From the NCBI GenBank assembly GCA_017532825.1, contig JAFXIT010000024.1:31846-95845 (forward strand): 64,000 bases of DNA. The letters are read 5' to 3'. Shown here in pieces: positions 47,201 to 55,642 of this stretch. The notes below the pieces were generated by a model, which was not told where the DNA came from, searched no databases, and was given only the letters and a program-made list of their open reading frames with translations. This stretch comes from Clostridia bacterium (GTDB taxonomy: Bacteria > Bacillota > Clostridia > Oscillospirales > QAMX01). The position numbers and the translations under genes were made by a program. Position 1 is the stretch's first letter. Each line of letters opens with the position of its first letter.

Positions 47201-47358
47201 TCGTAGCCGGGTATCTCGGGACCTCTGAAGTCGCCCTCGGCAAACTTCCAGCCGGGAAGCCCTGCGGAGGCGGTAGTACAGCGGCCGTAGACCTCGTTCA
47301 TTATCCGCATTGCACGCTGAACACGGAAATATTTATCGTGAATATTGGTGTTTACCAT
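44218..47358 (-). CDS. GH38 alpha-mannosidase (cytoplasmic)
   Basis: 1046 aa with HTHLDVAWLW, WLPDVFGYS and EFHRGT motifs. Confidence 0.88.
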   Translation of the reverse strand: MVNTNIHDKYFRVQRAMRIMNEVYGRCTTASAGLPGWKFAEGDFRGPEIPGYDLSSWELLPEGADTYGGYANYFWLVREVEIPQRMAGQPVRFYARTAPYAGWDDTNPNFTVFIDGSLVSALDRNHTEFLLTPSAEAGKKYYIALKGYCEAAEKRLMFSSYIASYDPEIEEFYYDVKVPIDVWEYLDDGFGPKNEIEYIVDRTVNMIDLRASGSKEFYESVKQAKEYMQREFYQKLCDKEPQVLAQCIGHTHLDVAWLWRMKQTREKTARTFANMLKFMEEYPDFKFMSSQACIYEWIKQDHPELYERLKQAVKDGRWEVEGGMWVEADCNLTSGEGFVRQFLYGKRFFKEEFGVDCRILWLPDVFGYSSALPQILKKSGMDYFMTTKISWNNHDKMPMDTFMWEGLDGSEVFSHFITCGDYLNARSGNSFTTYNGNLNPNQIMGSWERFTHKDICNEVLCSVGWGDGGGGTDRQMLENGKRMAKGIPGVPKVRFEAAGNYFKKWSKELENNPFLPRWVGELYLEFHRGTLTSQAKNKRNNRKSEFLYEKAELLSVMDSLLLSGDYPKALFDKNWKRILTNQFHDILPGSSIHQVYEDSDREYAEILSDGNAVADGKLGELVAAAKRDSDSVVVFNDTGVDGRDDIVSVEGSICVKDIPSQTSQGKTWFAAKGVPSKGWRSFELSDKNIDAEPTLKLENGVYESPFYRFVLDENGELSSLVEKSVGIELCEKGKTLNHVVAYVDRPYDHDAWEVAPYYTEQGYIPETLSCELVENGPVFARFRTERRYCASSMRFDMFFYRDISRIDIVTEADWQDEHTLLRAHFPTTVQTNHATYDTQFGTLERENNRNTSWEFSKFEVCGHKFADISDSGYGLAVLNDCKYGYACLGGDLSISLLRCPTAPDPMADKGAHRFTYSIMPHVGNYAEGGVTRQAYGLNCPLEAVVVGANPDGVLPSEYSFVSCDSSNVAIGAVKRAEDDGHVIVRLNEQTNSRTDTTVRFGFDVEAVEVVSLMEDEVYQTLAPEKRSVELTLRPFDIVTLRITPAK

Positions 47359-50300
47359 GCTTTTCTTACCCCCTTAAGTCTGAGAGTGACTATCTCGAAG
47401 GCGCCAAGCTCTACCTTTATTCTGCCGTTTGCCTCTGCGGTGAGCTTTTCGGTCGGGTTTTCGAGCAGGTCACAGCGCTCGGCGGTGTCAAACTCCATAC
47501 CAAACTCAAGCTCGGCGGTGGCACGGTGGCCGTAGGGCTCGTAGATGCGGACGATGACGTCCTCGGAATCCTCGGCACGCTTGACCGTGTCTATCACGCA
47601 TCCGCCCAAAACATCCTTTACAAACGAGAAGCTTGCAGGCAGGCTGCCGCCGTCGTTTTCCTTGACGACCGCCTCAAGCGGGAGGTTGAGGGAAAGGGCC
47701 TCCTTTGGTACGTCGCTGCGGGCAAAGCTGCCTGCATGGGGATAGAAGGAGTAGGTAAACCAATGCTCCTCACGGTCGGCGTTATAGTTGGGGCCTGCCG
47801 CACACTTGATAAGTGAGAGACCCAGGTTGCCGCCTCTGACGGAGTAGCCGTACTTGCAGTCGTTGAGGATGGCGACACCCGAGCTGCCCTCCGAAAGGTC
47901 GGCAAACTTGTGGCCGCAGACCTCGAACTTTGCAAAGTCCCACTGGGTATTTTCGTGGGTGGGACGCTCGATGGCACCGAACTGTATCTCAAAGGTGGCC
48001 TTGTTGGCGTGGATATTGGTCTCAAAGTGAGCCTTCAGGAGGATGTGGGTCTCCTTCCAGTCGGTGTAGGTGACGAAATCTATCCTCGGGGTGTGGGCGT
48101 AGAAGACGATGTCCTGGGTGAGCTCCGAGCGCATAAAGCGTCTTACCTGCCTTACTACTGCACGGTAGGGGGTATTTTCAACGAGCTCGGAGGAGACAAG
48201 GTCGGTAACATCCCAGAACTTTTCACGGTAGAATGCATCAATATCCCATGCGTCGGAGGAAAGGGGCTTATCCTCGTAGGCACGCAGAAGGTTCGCCCTT
48301 CCGCCCTCCTTGAGGAGGGGACGGCGGAGGGTCTTATCGTATATGCTGTTTATAAATCCGTCGGCATCGAAGCTGACCTTGATAAGCGGGGTCTCAAGCA
48401 GGCTTCCGTCAAACTCGGCTACCCTGCCCTCGGCCCTCTCGGGCTTGACAAGGGCATAGCCCTTGGGGGGTACGATGACGGTAAACTCGTCATCCCCTAC
48501 CCTTACCGGCTCGGTACGCTCAAAGCCCGAGGGGTTAAAGACGATAATATCGCCCTTTCTTCCCTGTATACCCTCAACTATCGCCTTTTTGGCGTCTGCT
48601 TCAAGCTCTTCGACCTTTGTAAAGGCCTCGGCGTAGTACTCGTCGGCATCGTCGTATACCTCCTTAAGGGAGGAGCCGGGGAGGATGTCGTGGAACTGGT
48701 TTGTAAGTATCCTCTCCCAGACGTAGTCAAGCCCTTCCTTATCGTAGGGTGCACCGAGGGCGAGGTGTGCGTTCAGGGCAAGAAGCTCGGTCTTGGCAAG
48801 AAGGAACTCCGCCTTGCGGTTCTTGCGCTTGATCCTTGCCATGGAGGTAAGCGTTCCGCGGTGCTTTTCGTAGTATATCTCGTTTGCCCAGGTGGCAAGG
48901 AAGCGGTTGCCCTCAAGCTCACGCTCCCAACGCTCAAAGGTGTCTCCGACGTGTCCCCAGACAGCCTTGGGTGCATCGGGCAGACCCTTTTGCATGCGCT
49001 TCTGGTTCTGGAGCATGTAATCGGCGCTTCCGCCGCCGCCGTCGCCCCAGCCCATAGGCGCAAAGATGTCACGGGTGAGGTCCTTGTCGTGGTAGTGCTT
49101 CCAGCCGCCTGCAATGAAGGAGGGGGTAAGGGCGGTGTTGTAGGAGGTCTCGGGGTTACCTGCGGTGACACGCTCCCAGTAGAAGCTGGTTATAAGGTGG
49201 GAAAGGACCTCACTGCCGTCGATGCCCTTCCACATAAAGGTATCGTGGGGCATGGTGTTATACTCGTTGGAGCTGACCTTGGCGGTGGTAAAGTACTTTA
49301 TTCCGCATCCGCGCAGTATCTGCGGAAGGGCTGCGGAGTAACCGAATACGTCGGGCAGCCAAAGCAGCTTGCAGTCGACACCGAACTCTTCCTTGAAAAA
49401 TTTAGTGCCGTAGAGGAACTGACGTACAAGGCTCTCTCCCGAGGGCAGGTTACAGTCGGCCTCGACGAACATTCCGCCGTCTACCTCCCAACGTCCCGAG
49501 GCAACGGCCTTCTTTATGCGCTCGTAAAGCTCGGGCATATCCTCCTTGACCATCTTATAAAGAAGGGCCTGGGAGGAGAAGAAGGTGTAATCGGGGTTGG
49601 TATCAAGGTAGTTCAGCGCATTTACGAAGGTACGTATCGCCTTTTCTCTGGTCTGGTGTATACGCCACATCCAGGCGATGTCTATGTGTGCATGTCCTAT
49701 GCACTCCACCCTTGCGTCAAGGGCACGCTTGGGCCATACGTCGTTGTAAAAGCCTGCAAGATACTCCCTTGCGGCCTTGACCGAACGGTGATACTCCTCC
49801 GAGTGGGGACGGCGAAGATCGAGCATGGAGCAGGCCTCGCTTATGGGATTGATAAGCTCGGCACGGACACCGCTCTGCTGATCGTGCATCTGCGCCTCCT
49901 CAAGAGGAACGTTGATGTCGTAGAATAGCTCCTCGGTCTCTGCATCAAAGGTGCGAAGCACCGGACCGAAGGTGTCGAGCGAACCGTGTTCTGTCCAGTA
50001 TTTGAGCTCGATATGGTATCTCTGCCCTGCCTTGGCAGAGTCGGCAAGCTTTATGCTGCGGTGAAAACGGTCGTAATGTCCGACAAAATCACCGTCGACC
50101 CAGATAAGAAATCCCGGGTTGCCAAGATGCCAACGGGTGTGGACGTCGTCACTGCCGTCACGGCGGTTGCAGACGTTTAAAAGGACACATTGGCCGTCAA
50201 AATCGTCGGGGATGACGACGTCGAAGCGAAATCTTCCGTAGGTATCGCTTCCGCCGAAGCGCTCGTAATCTCCGAAGGGCTTAAACTCGGCATCCTTGGG

Positions 50301-50456
50301 ATCGGCAATATCGCCCAAAGCATGCTCGATGCCTGTGATGGGGACTGTCTTTGGATAGCGAAGACCTGAAAGCAGACCGACGTAGTGCCTTACACGGTTC
50401 TCACGAAACCAAAGGTCCTTATAGTGCATATCGTCAAGACGTTTTAAGGTATGCAT
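47352..50456 (-). CDS. GH38 alpha-mannosidase paralogue (cytoplasmic)
   Basis: 1034 aa with HAHIDIAWMW, WLPDVFGYS and EKHRGT. It is collinear with the downstream paralogue over its full length and overlaps it by 7 nt. Confidence 0.88.
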   Translation of the reverse strand: MHTLKRLDDMHYKDLWFRENRVRHYVGLLSGLRYPKTVPITGIEHALGDIADPKDAEFKPFGDYERFGGSDTYGRFRFDVVIPDDFDGQCVLLNVCNRRDGSDDVHTRWHLGNPGFLIWVDGDFVGHYDRFHRSIKLADSAKAGQRYHIELKYWTEHGSLDTFGPVLRTFDAETEELFYDINVPLEEAQMHDQQSGVRAELINPISEACSMLDLRRPHSEEYHRSVKAAREYLAGFYNDVWPKRALDARVECIGHAHIDIAWMWRIHQTREKAIRTFVNALNYLDTNPDYTFFSSQALLYKMVKEDMPELYERIKKAVASGRWEVDGGMFVEADCNLPSGESLVRQFLYGTKFFKEEFGVDCKLLWLPDVFGYSAALPQILRGCGIKYFTTAKVSSNEYNTMPHDTFMWKGIDGSEVLSHLITSFYWERVTAGNPETSYNTALTPSFIAGGWKHYHDKDLTRDIFAPMGWGDGGGGSADYMLQNQKRMQKGLPDAPKAVWGHVGDTFERWERELEGNRFLATWANEIYYEKHRGTLTSMARIKRKNRKAEFLLAKTELLALNAHLALGAPYDKEGLDYVWERILTNQFHDILPGSSLKEVYDDADEYYAEAFTKVEELEADAKKAIVEGIQGRKGDIIVFNPSGFERTEPVRVGDDEFTVIVPPKGYALVKPERAEGRVAEFDGSLLETPLIKVSFDADGFINSIYDKTLRRPLLKEGGRANLLRAYEDKPLSSDAWDIDAFYREKFWDVTDLVSSELVENTPYRAVVRQVRRFMRSELTQDIVFYAHTPRIDFVTYTDWKETHILLKAHFETNIHANKATFEIQFGAIERPTHENTQWDFAKFEVCGHKFADLSEGSSGVAILNDCKYGYSVRGGNLGLSLIKCAAGPNYNADREEHWFTYSFYPHAGSFARSDVPKEALSLNLPLEAVVKENDGGSLPASFSFVKDVLGGCVIDTVKRAEDSEDVIVRIYEPYGHRATAELEFGMEFDTAERCDLLENPTEKLTAEANGRIKVELGAFEIVTLRLKGVRKAW

Positions 50457-50485
50457 TCCGGACTCTCCTTTGCCGTTTTAGGCTG

Positions 50486-50959
50486 TTATTTCTCGATGGT
50501 GATGCTCTTGATGACCTGGGGCTTGAGGGGCTTGTCACGCATATCGGTGTCGACCTCGGCGATGGCGTCAACTACCTCAATACCCGAGGTAACGTGGCCG
50601 AAGGCGGCGTACTGACCGTCGAGGAATTCGCCGTCAGCGTGCATTATAAAGAACTGGGAGGATGCGGAGTTGGGGTTCTGGGCGCGTGCCATGCTGATGA
50701 CACCTCTCTTGTGGGAGATGGGGTTGGCAACGCCGTTGGCGGCAAATTCGCCCTTTATCTTCTCATCGCTTCCGCCCATACCGTTTCCGAGGGGATCTCC
50801 GCCCTGGATCATAAAGCCTGCGATGACACGGTGGAAGGTAAGGCCGTTATAAAAGCCCTCTCCTACCAGTTTTTCAAAGTTTGCAACGGTTATGGGAGCA
50901 GCCTCCGGAGAAAGCTCGAGGGTGATGACCCCGCCGTTTTCCATTTCGATCTTTACCAT
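50486..50959 (-). CDS. ppiB: Cyclophilin-type peptidyl-prolyl cis-trans isomerase
   Basis: FHRVIAGFMIQGGDP, SMARAQNPNSASSQFFI. Confidence 0.9.
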   Translation of the reverse strand: MVKIEMENGGVITLELSPEAAPITVANFEKLVGEGFYNGLTFHRVIAGFMIQGGDPLGNGMGGSDEKIKGEFAANGVANPISHKRGVISMARAQNPNSASSQFFIMHADGEFLDGQYAAFGHVTSGIEVVDAIAEVDTDMRDKPLKPQVIKSITIEK

Positions 50960-51014
50960 TTTAAATCACCTTGCTCATTTTTTACCATTCCCGAAAGGGA
51001 TGTAATTTTTGTCT

Positions 51015-51043
51015 ATTATACCATAAACGCAGGGGCTTGTCAG
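51015..51043 (-). promoter_or_regulatory. Promoter of ppiB (and probably the two GH38 genes)
   Basis: Minus strand: CTGACA, 17-nt spacer, TATAAT preceded by TGG. No terminator lies in the 29-nt ppiB-GH38 gap. Confidence 0.65.
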
Positions 51044-51065
51044 TATTAAAATAAATTTTTTGAGT

Positions 51066-51099
51066 ATAAAAAAAGCGTCCCGAAAATTCGGGACGCTTT
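51066..51099 (-). terminator. Terminator after msmK
   Basis: Minus strand: AAAGCGTCCCGAA-TT-TTCGGGACGCTTTTTTT. Confidence 0.8.
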
Positions 51100-51110
51100 G
51101 AAGTAAAAGC

Positions 51111-52229
51111 TTACTGCTGGCCGGCGATGACCTGCTCGGTATCCTTGTCGAAGTGGTGGATACGGCTGGTATCGAAGGCGATCTTGACCTTTTCGCCGAC
51201 GGAGGCGACGGTTCTGGGCGATACGCTGGCAGTGAAGTTGACCTCACCGGTCTTGAGGTAGAGGTAGGTAACGGAGCCGAGAAGCTCAACGACCTCGACG
51301 TCAAAGTTGACGACGGCTTCGGGGTTGGCTTCGATGAAGGAGGGCTCGTTGTTCATACACTCGGGACGGATGCCGACGAGGATCTCCTTGTTGGCGTAGG
51401 CAAGAACCTCGGGGTTGCGGCCCTTTTCTTCGGGCAGCAGGATCTTGGAATCCTCAAACTTGAGGTAGGTCGAGCCGTTCTCGTCAAGGACGGTGGCTTC
51501 GAATATGTTCATCTGAGGCGAACCGATGAAGGTTGCGACAAAGAGGTTGCAGGGGTTATCGTAGAGGGTCTGGGGGCTGGCGACCTGCTGAATGAAGCCG
51601 TCCTTCATAACGACGATACGGGTACCCATGGTCATAGCCTCGACCTGGTCGTGGGTAACGTAGATGAAGGTGGTCTGCAGTCTCTGGTGGAGGAGGGTCA
51701 GCTCGGTACGCATCTGTGCACGAAGCTTAGCGTCGAGGTTGGACAGAGGCTCGTCGAGAAGGAAGACCTTCGGGTTACGGACGATAGCACGGCCCAGAGC
51801 GACACGCTGTCTCTGACCGCCGGAGAGAGCCTTGGGCTTTCTGTCGAGCAGGTGGGATATATCGAGGATCTTAGCGGCTTCTTCGACGCGGCGCTTGATC
51901 TCCTCCTTGGGAGTCTTGCGGAGCTTAAGGCCGAAGGCCATGTTGTCGAAAACGGACATATGGGGATACAGAGCGTAGTTCTGGAAAACCATTGCTATGT
52001 CTCTGTCCTTGGGGGGGATATCGTTGACGAGCTTATCGCCGATGAGCAGTTCGCCCTCGGTGATCTCTTCAAGACCGGCGATCATACGGAGAGTGGTGGA
52101 CTTACCGCAGCCGGAAGGACCGACGAGAATGATGAATTCCTTATCCTTGATGTTGAGGTTGAAGTCGGAAACGGCTACGACTCCACCGGGGTACTTCTTG
52201 TATATACCCTGCAGCTTTACATTTGCCAT
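51111..52229 (-). CDS. msmK: Sugar ABC importer ATPase (MsmK/MalK/UgpC type), orphan
   Basis: GPSGCGKST, LSGGQRQRVALGRA, LLDEPLSNLD and the C-terminal MalK-like regulatory domain. Start at MANVKLQ (ATG 52229), 8 nt after GGAGG. No permease or binding-protein genes are adjacent. Confidence 0.88.
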   Translation of the reverse strand: MANVKLQGIYKKYPGGVVAVSDFNLNIKDKEFIILVGPSGCGKSTTLRMIAGLEEITEGELLIGDKLVNDIPPKDRDIAMVFQNYALYPHMSVFDNMAFGLKLRKTPKEEIKRRVEEAAKILDISHLLDRKPKALSGGQRQRVALGRAIVRNPKVFLLDEPLSNLDAKLRAQMRTELTLLHQRLQTTFIYVTHDQVEAMTMGTRIVVMKDGFIQQVASPQTLYDNPCNLFVATFIGSPQMNIFEATVLDENGSTYLKFEDSKILLPEEKGRNPEVLAYANKEILVGIRPECMNNEPSFIEANPEAVVNFDVEVVELLGSVTYLYLKTGEVNFTASVSPRTVASVGEKVKIAFDTSRIHHFDKDTEQVIAGQQ

Positions 52230-52397
52230 GTATTTAGCCTCCAATAATCAAATCGCTATATTAAGCTTATATACTATACCACAAAAACTCAACCCCGTAT
52301 AGTGGCTTTTTAACCAAAAACACGGGGTTGAATTTGTACAAATCGCCCTAATTGTTAAAATTGTTCGAACGATTTAATCTACTGTTAACTTTTAATG

Positions 52398-54167
52398 CTA
52401 CCTGCTCACGCCGGAACGGGGAGGTGCTGCCTCGGTCTTGACAAGCTCAAGGAACTGTTCAAGGGTATGTGCACCGAGGTCCTGTCCGCCGCGGGTCCTG
52501 ACCGAGAGGGTGCCCTCGGCGATCTCCTTGTCGCCGATCATGAGCATATAGGGAAGCTTCTGCATCTGGGCCTCACGGATCTTATAGCCTATCTTCTCGC
52601 TTCTGGAGTCGACCTCGACCCTCAGTCCTGCGGCTCTGAGCTCGGTGGCGACCTCGTAGGCACGGTCGATGCAGCGGTCGGTGATGGGCAGTATCCTTAC
52701 CTGCTCGGGAGCCATCCACATGGGAAGTGCTCCTGCGTACTTCTCTATCAGCAGGGCGAGGGTACGCTCGTAGCAGCCAAGGGAGGTGCGGTGGAGGATA
52801 TAGGGGGACTTCTTGGTGCCGTCCCTGTCGGTATACTCCATGCCGAACTTCGGGGCGAGCATCTGGTCGATCTGGATGGTGACGAGGGTGTCCTCCTTGC
52901 CGAAGACGTTCTTCATCTGGATGTCGAGCTTAGGACCGTAGAATGCGGCCTCGCCGACGCCGACGGAGTAGTTTATTCCCAGACCGTCGAGGATCTTTTC
53001 CATCATGCCCTCGGCCTCGGCCCACTGCTCCTCGGTACCGATATACTTTTCACGGTTTTCGGGATCCCACTTGGAGAAGCGGAAGGTGATGTCGTTTTCA
53101 AAGCCGACCGACTTCATCATGAACTGTACCAGCTCGACACAGCCCTTGAATTCATCCTCAAGCTGTTCGGGGGTACAGACGATGTGGCCCTCGGATATGG
53201 TAAACTGGCGGACACGGATAAGGCCGTGCATCTCGCCCGATTCCTCGTTTCTGAAAAGGGTCGAGGTCTCGCCAAAGCGCATGGGCAGGTCACGGTAGGA
53301 CCTTGCACGGTTGAGGAAGACCTGATACTGGAAGGGGCAGGTCATGGGACGGAGTGCAAAGCACTCCTTTTCCTCATCGTTGGGGTCGCCCAGGACGAAC
53401 ATACCGTCAAGGTAGTGATCCCAGTGTCCCGAGATGCGGTAGAGATCACGCTTGGCCATAAGGGGAGTCTTGGTAAGCAGGTATCCCCTTCTCTCCTCCT
53501 CGTCCTCGACAAATCTCTGGAGAAGCTGGATGACCCTTGCGCCCTTGGGCAGAAGGATGGGCAGACCCTGACCGATAACGTCGACGGTGGTAAAGTATTC
53601 AAGCTCTCTGCCGAGCTTATTGTGGTCTCTCTTTTTTGCCTCTTCAAGTGCCTCAAGATGTGCGGCGAGCTCATCCTTGGTCTTGAAGGCGGTGGCGTAG
53701 ATGCGCTTGAGCATCTTATTCTTCTCGCTTCCGCGCCAGTATGCGCCGGTCACGCTGAGAAGCTTGTAGGCCTTGACGCTTCCGGTGTAGCGGAGGTGGG
53801 GGCCTGCGCAGAGGTCGGTAAACTCGCCCTGCTGATAGAAGCTGATGACCTCACCCTCGGGAAGGTCGTTGATGAGCTCCTCCTTGTAGGGCTCGCCCAT
53901 CTCCCTGACCAGCGCAAGGGCTTCGTCTCTGGGGAGCTCAAAACGCTTGATGGGCAGGTTTTCCTTGACGATCTTTTTCATCTCGGCTTCGATCTTTTCA
54001 AGATCCTCGGCGGTGAAAGTTCGCTCGGTATCGAAATCATAATAAAACCCGTTGTCGGTCGCAGGGCCTATAGCCAGGCGAACGTCGGGGAAAAGTCTTT
54101 TGACGGCTTGAGCCATAATGTGCGACGCCGTGTGCCGCAGCGTACGCAGCTCATCGTAGTTTTCCAT
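52398..54167 (-). CDS. thrS: Threonine--tRNA ligase, short form lacking the N-terminal TGS domain
   Basis: 589 aa. It begins at the editing-domain block RHTASHIMAQAV...GPATDNGFYYDFD, followed by a class II catalytic core and an anticodon-binding domain. Confidence 0.9.
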   Translation of the reverse strand: MENYDELRTLRHTASHIMAQAVKRLFPDVRLAIGPATDNGFYYDFDTERTFTAEDLEKIEAEMKKIVKENLPIKRFELPRDEALALVREMGEPYKEELINDLPEGEVISFYQQGEFTDLCAGPHLRYTGSVKAYKLLSVTGAYWRGSEKNKMLKRIYATAFKTKDELAAHLEALEEAKKRDHNKLGRELEYFTTVDVIGQGLPILLPKGARVIQLLQRFVEDEEERRGYLLTKTPLMAKRDLYRISGHWDHYLDGMFVLGDPNDEEKECFALRPMTCPFQYQVFLNRARSYRDLPMRFGETSTLFRNEESGEMHGLIRVRQFTISEGHIVCTPEQLEDEFKGCVELVQFMMKSVGFENDITFRFSKWDPENREKYIGTEEQWAEAEGMMEKILDGLGINYSVGVGEAAFYGPKLDIQMKNVFGKEDTLVTIQIDQMLAPKFGMEYTDRDGTKKSPYILHRTSLGCYERTLALLIEKYAGALPMWMAPEQVRILPITDRCIDRAYEVATELRAAGLRVEVDSRSEKIGYKIREAQMQKLPYMLMIGDKEIAEGTLSVRTRGGQDLGAHTLEQFLELVKTEAAPPRSGVSR

Positions 54168-54308
54168 ACTGCAATACCTCTTTATATAGTAATTTCCGAT
54201 AATGCTATAATGGCATTATTTGATTAATTATATATCATTTTGGCCTTTATGTCAAGTATACTGTTCTCCGAAACAGGGCATTATTTACATCAAAGGAGAT
54301 GTTTTGAT

Positions 54309-55604
54309 ATGAAGAAAAATTGGCTTGTGATATATTCGGTGGTAATAACGGCGGCCCTCGTTGCGACGGCCGGCTTTGCCGTCAGCTCCCAAAGCCTTGT
54401 AAGGCAGTATGAGGATGCATACCAGCAGAGCTGCCGCAATACCCTTTTCGAGGTCAGCGAGTGTCTGCGAAGCATTGACAACGACCTCTCAAAGAGTATC
54501 TACGCCCGCTCCAACGGTATGATGCTCACCCTTTCAAACGACATCTGGCGGCAGGCAGAGCTTGCAAAGAGGGCGCTTGCCTCCCTACCGGTCTCCGATC
54601 TGTCGCTTGACAGGACCTCGGGCTTTCTCTCGCAGGTAGGAGCCTACTGCTTCTCACTTTCCAAAAAGGCCGCCGCAGGCGGCGAGCTGTCCGACACCGA
54701 CCGTGCAGGCCTGACCTCGCTCTCGCAGACGGCATCCAAAATGGCCGACGAGCTTTCCGCCCTCTACGATTCGAGCGTTGCCGAGGGCTTCTTCGGCGCA
54801 ACGCCCGACGACCTTGCAGGCTTTTCCTCGGGGCTTTCCGACATTGAATCGGCACTTCCCGAAAGCCCCACACTTATCTACGACGGTCCCTATTCCGACC
54901 ACATAACCAAGCACACCCCCGTATACGTTCAAAAGGGCGAAGCGGTCTCGCAGGAGCGTGCGGGCAGAACTGCGGCAGACTTTTTGGGTGGGCAGGTCGA
55001 GCTTCTTTACAAGACTGAGGACGAAAGCAACGTCCTTTACTGCTTTGGGCAGGGGGACAGCTTCGTGACGGTGACGGGGATCGGCGGGCATATATTGGGC
55101 TTCTACGAGTCTACCGTCCCGGGTGAGGCTGCAATAACCAACGAGGATGCCGCAAAGGCTGCAGAGGATTTTCTGGGTGAGCTTGGATACGATTCCATGG
55201 TGCCCTCCTACTTCTACGATGCGGGCGGCATCTGCTATATAAACTTTGCATACAGTCAGGACGGTGTGATATGCTATCCCGACCTGATTCAGGTCGGTGT
55301 CAGCCTTGACAGCGGACGGGTGACCTATCTCAACGCCGAAGGATATCTAAACAACCATACCGCCCGAGAGCTTTCGGCGACGCTCTCCCTTGAGCAGGCC
55401 TCGGCACTGCTTCCCCTCCCCTCTTTGGAGGAGGGACGGCTGTGCATAGTACCCTCGCAGGGCGAAAACGAGCTTTTATGCTACGAATTTCTCTGCGCCG
55501 ACGAAAACGGACGGCACTACCTTTTCTATATCAACGCAAAAACGGGTGACGACGAGGTCATATTTATCCTCATCGAAGATCAAAACGGTACTCTGACGGT
55601 TTAA
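54309..55604 (+). CDS. ypeB: Germination protein YpeB-like (N-terminal anchor, YpeB domain, PepSY repeats)
   Basis: Start at MKKNWLVIYSVVITAALVA. It has LSNDIWRQAELAKRALASLP...FLSQVGAY and the C-terminal PepSY-like EDAAKAAEDFLGELGY. Confidence 0.75.
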   Translation: MKKNWLVIYSVVITAALVATAGFAVSSQSLVRQYEDAYQQSCRNTLFEVSECLRSIDNDLSKSIYARSNGMMLTLSNDIWRQAELAKRALASLPVSDLSLDRTSGFLSQVGAYCFSLSKKAAAGGELSDTDRAGLTSLSQTASKMADELSALYDSSVAEGFFGATPDDLAGFSSGLSDIESALPESPTLIYDGPYSDHITKHTPVYVQKGEAVSQERAGRTAADFLGGQVELLYKTEDESNVLYCFGQGDSFVTVTGIGGHILGFYESTVPGEAAITNEDAAKAAEDFLGELGYDSMVPSYFYDAGGICYINFAYSQDGVICYPDLIQVGVSLDSGRVTYLNAEGYLNNHTARELSATLSLEQASALLPLPSLEEGRLCIVPSQGENELLCYEFLCADENGRHYLFYINAKTGDDEVIFILIEDQNGTLTV

Positions 55605-55640
55605 AAAAAGCAGTGAGGCCAAGCGGTCTCACTGCTTTTT
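55604..55640. terminator. Bidirectional terminator (ypeB / ABC operon)
   Basis: AAAAAAAGCAGTGAG...CTCACTGCTTTTT. Confidence 0.85.
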
Positions 55641-55642
55641 AT

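Noticed and set aside
54168-54308. Expected T-box leader upstream of thrS.
   Set aside because: The region is too short, and I found no T-box consensus or terminator/antiterminator pair. Only promoter-like AT-rich DNA and one small hairpin are present.
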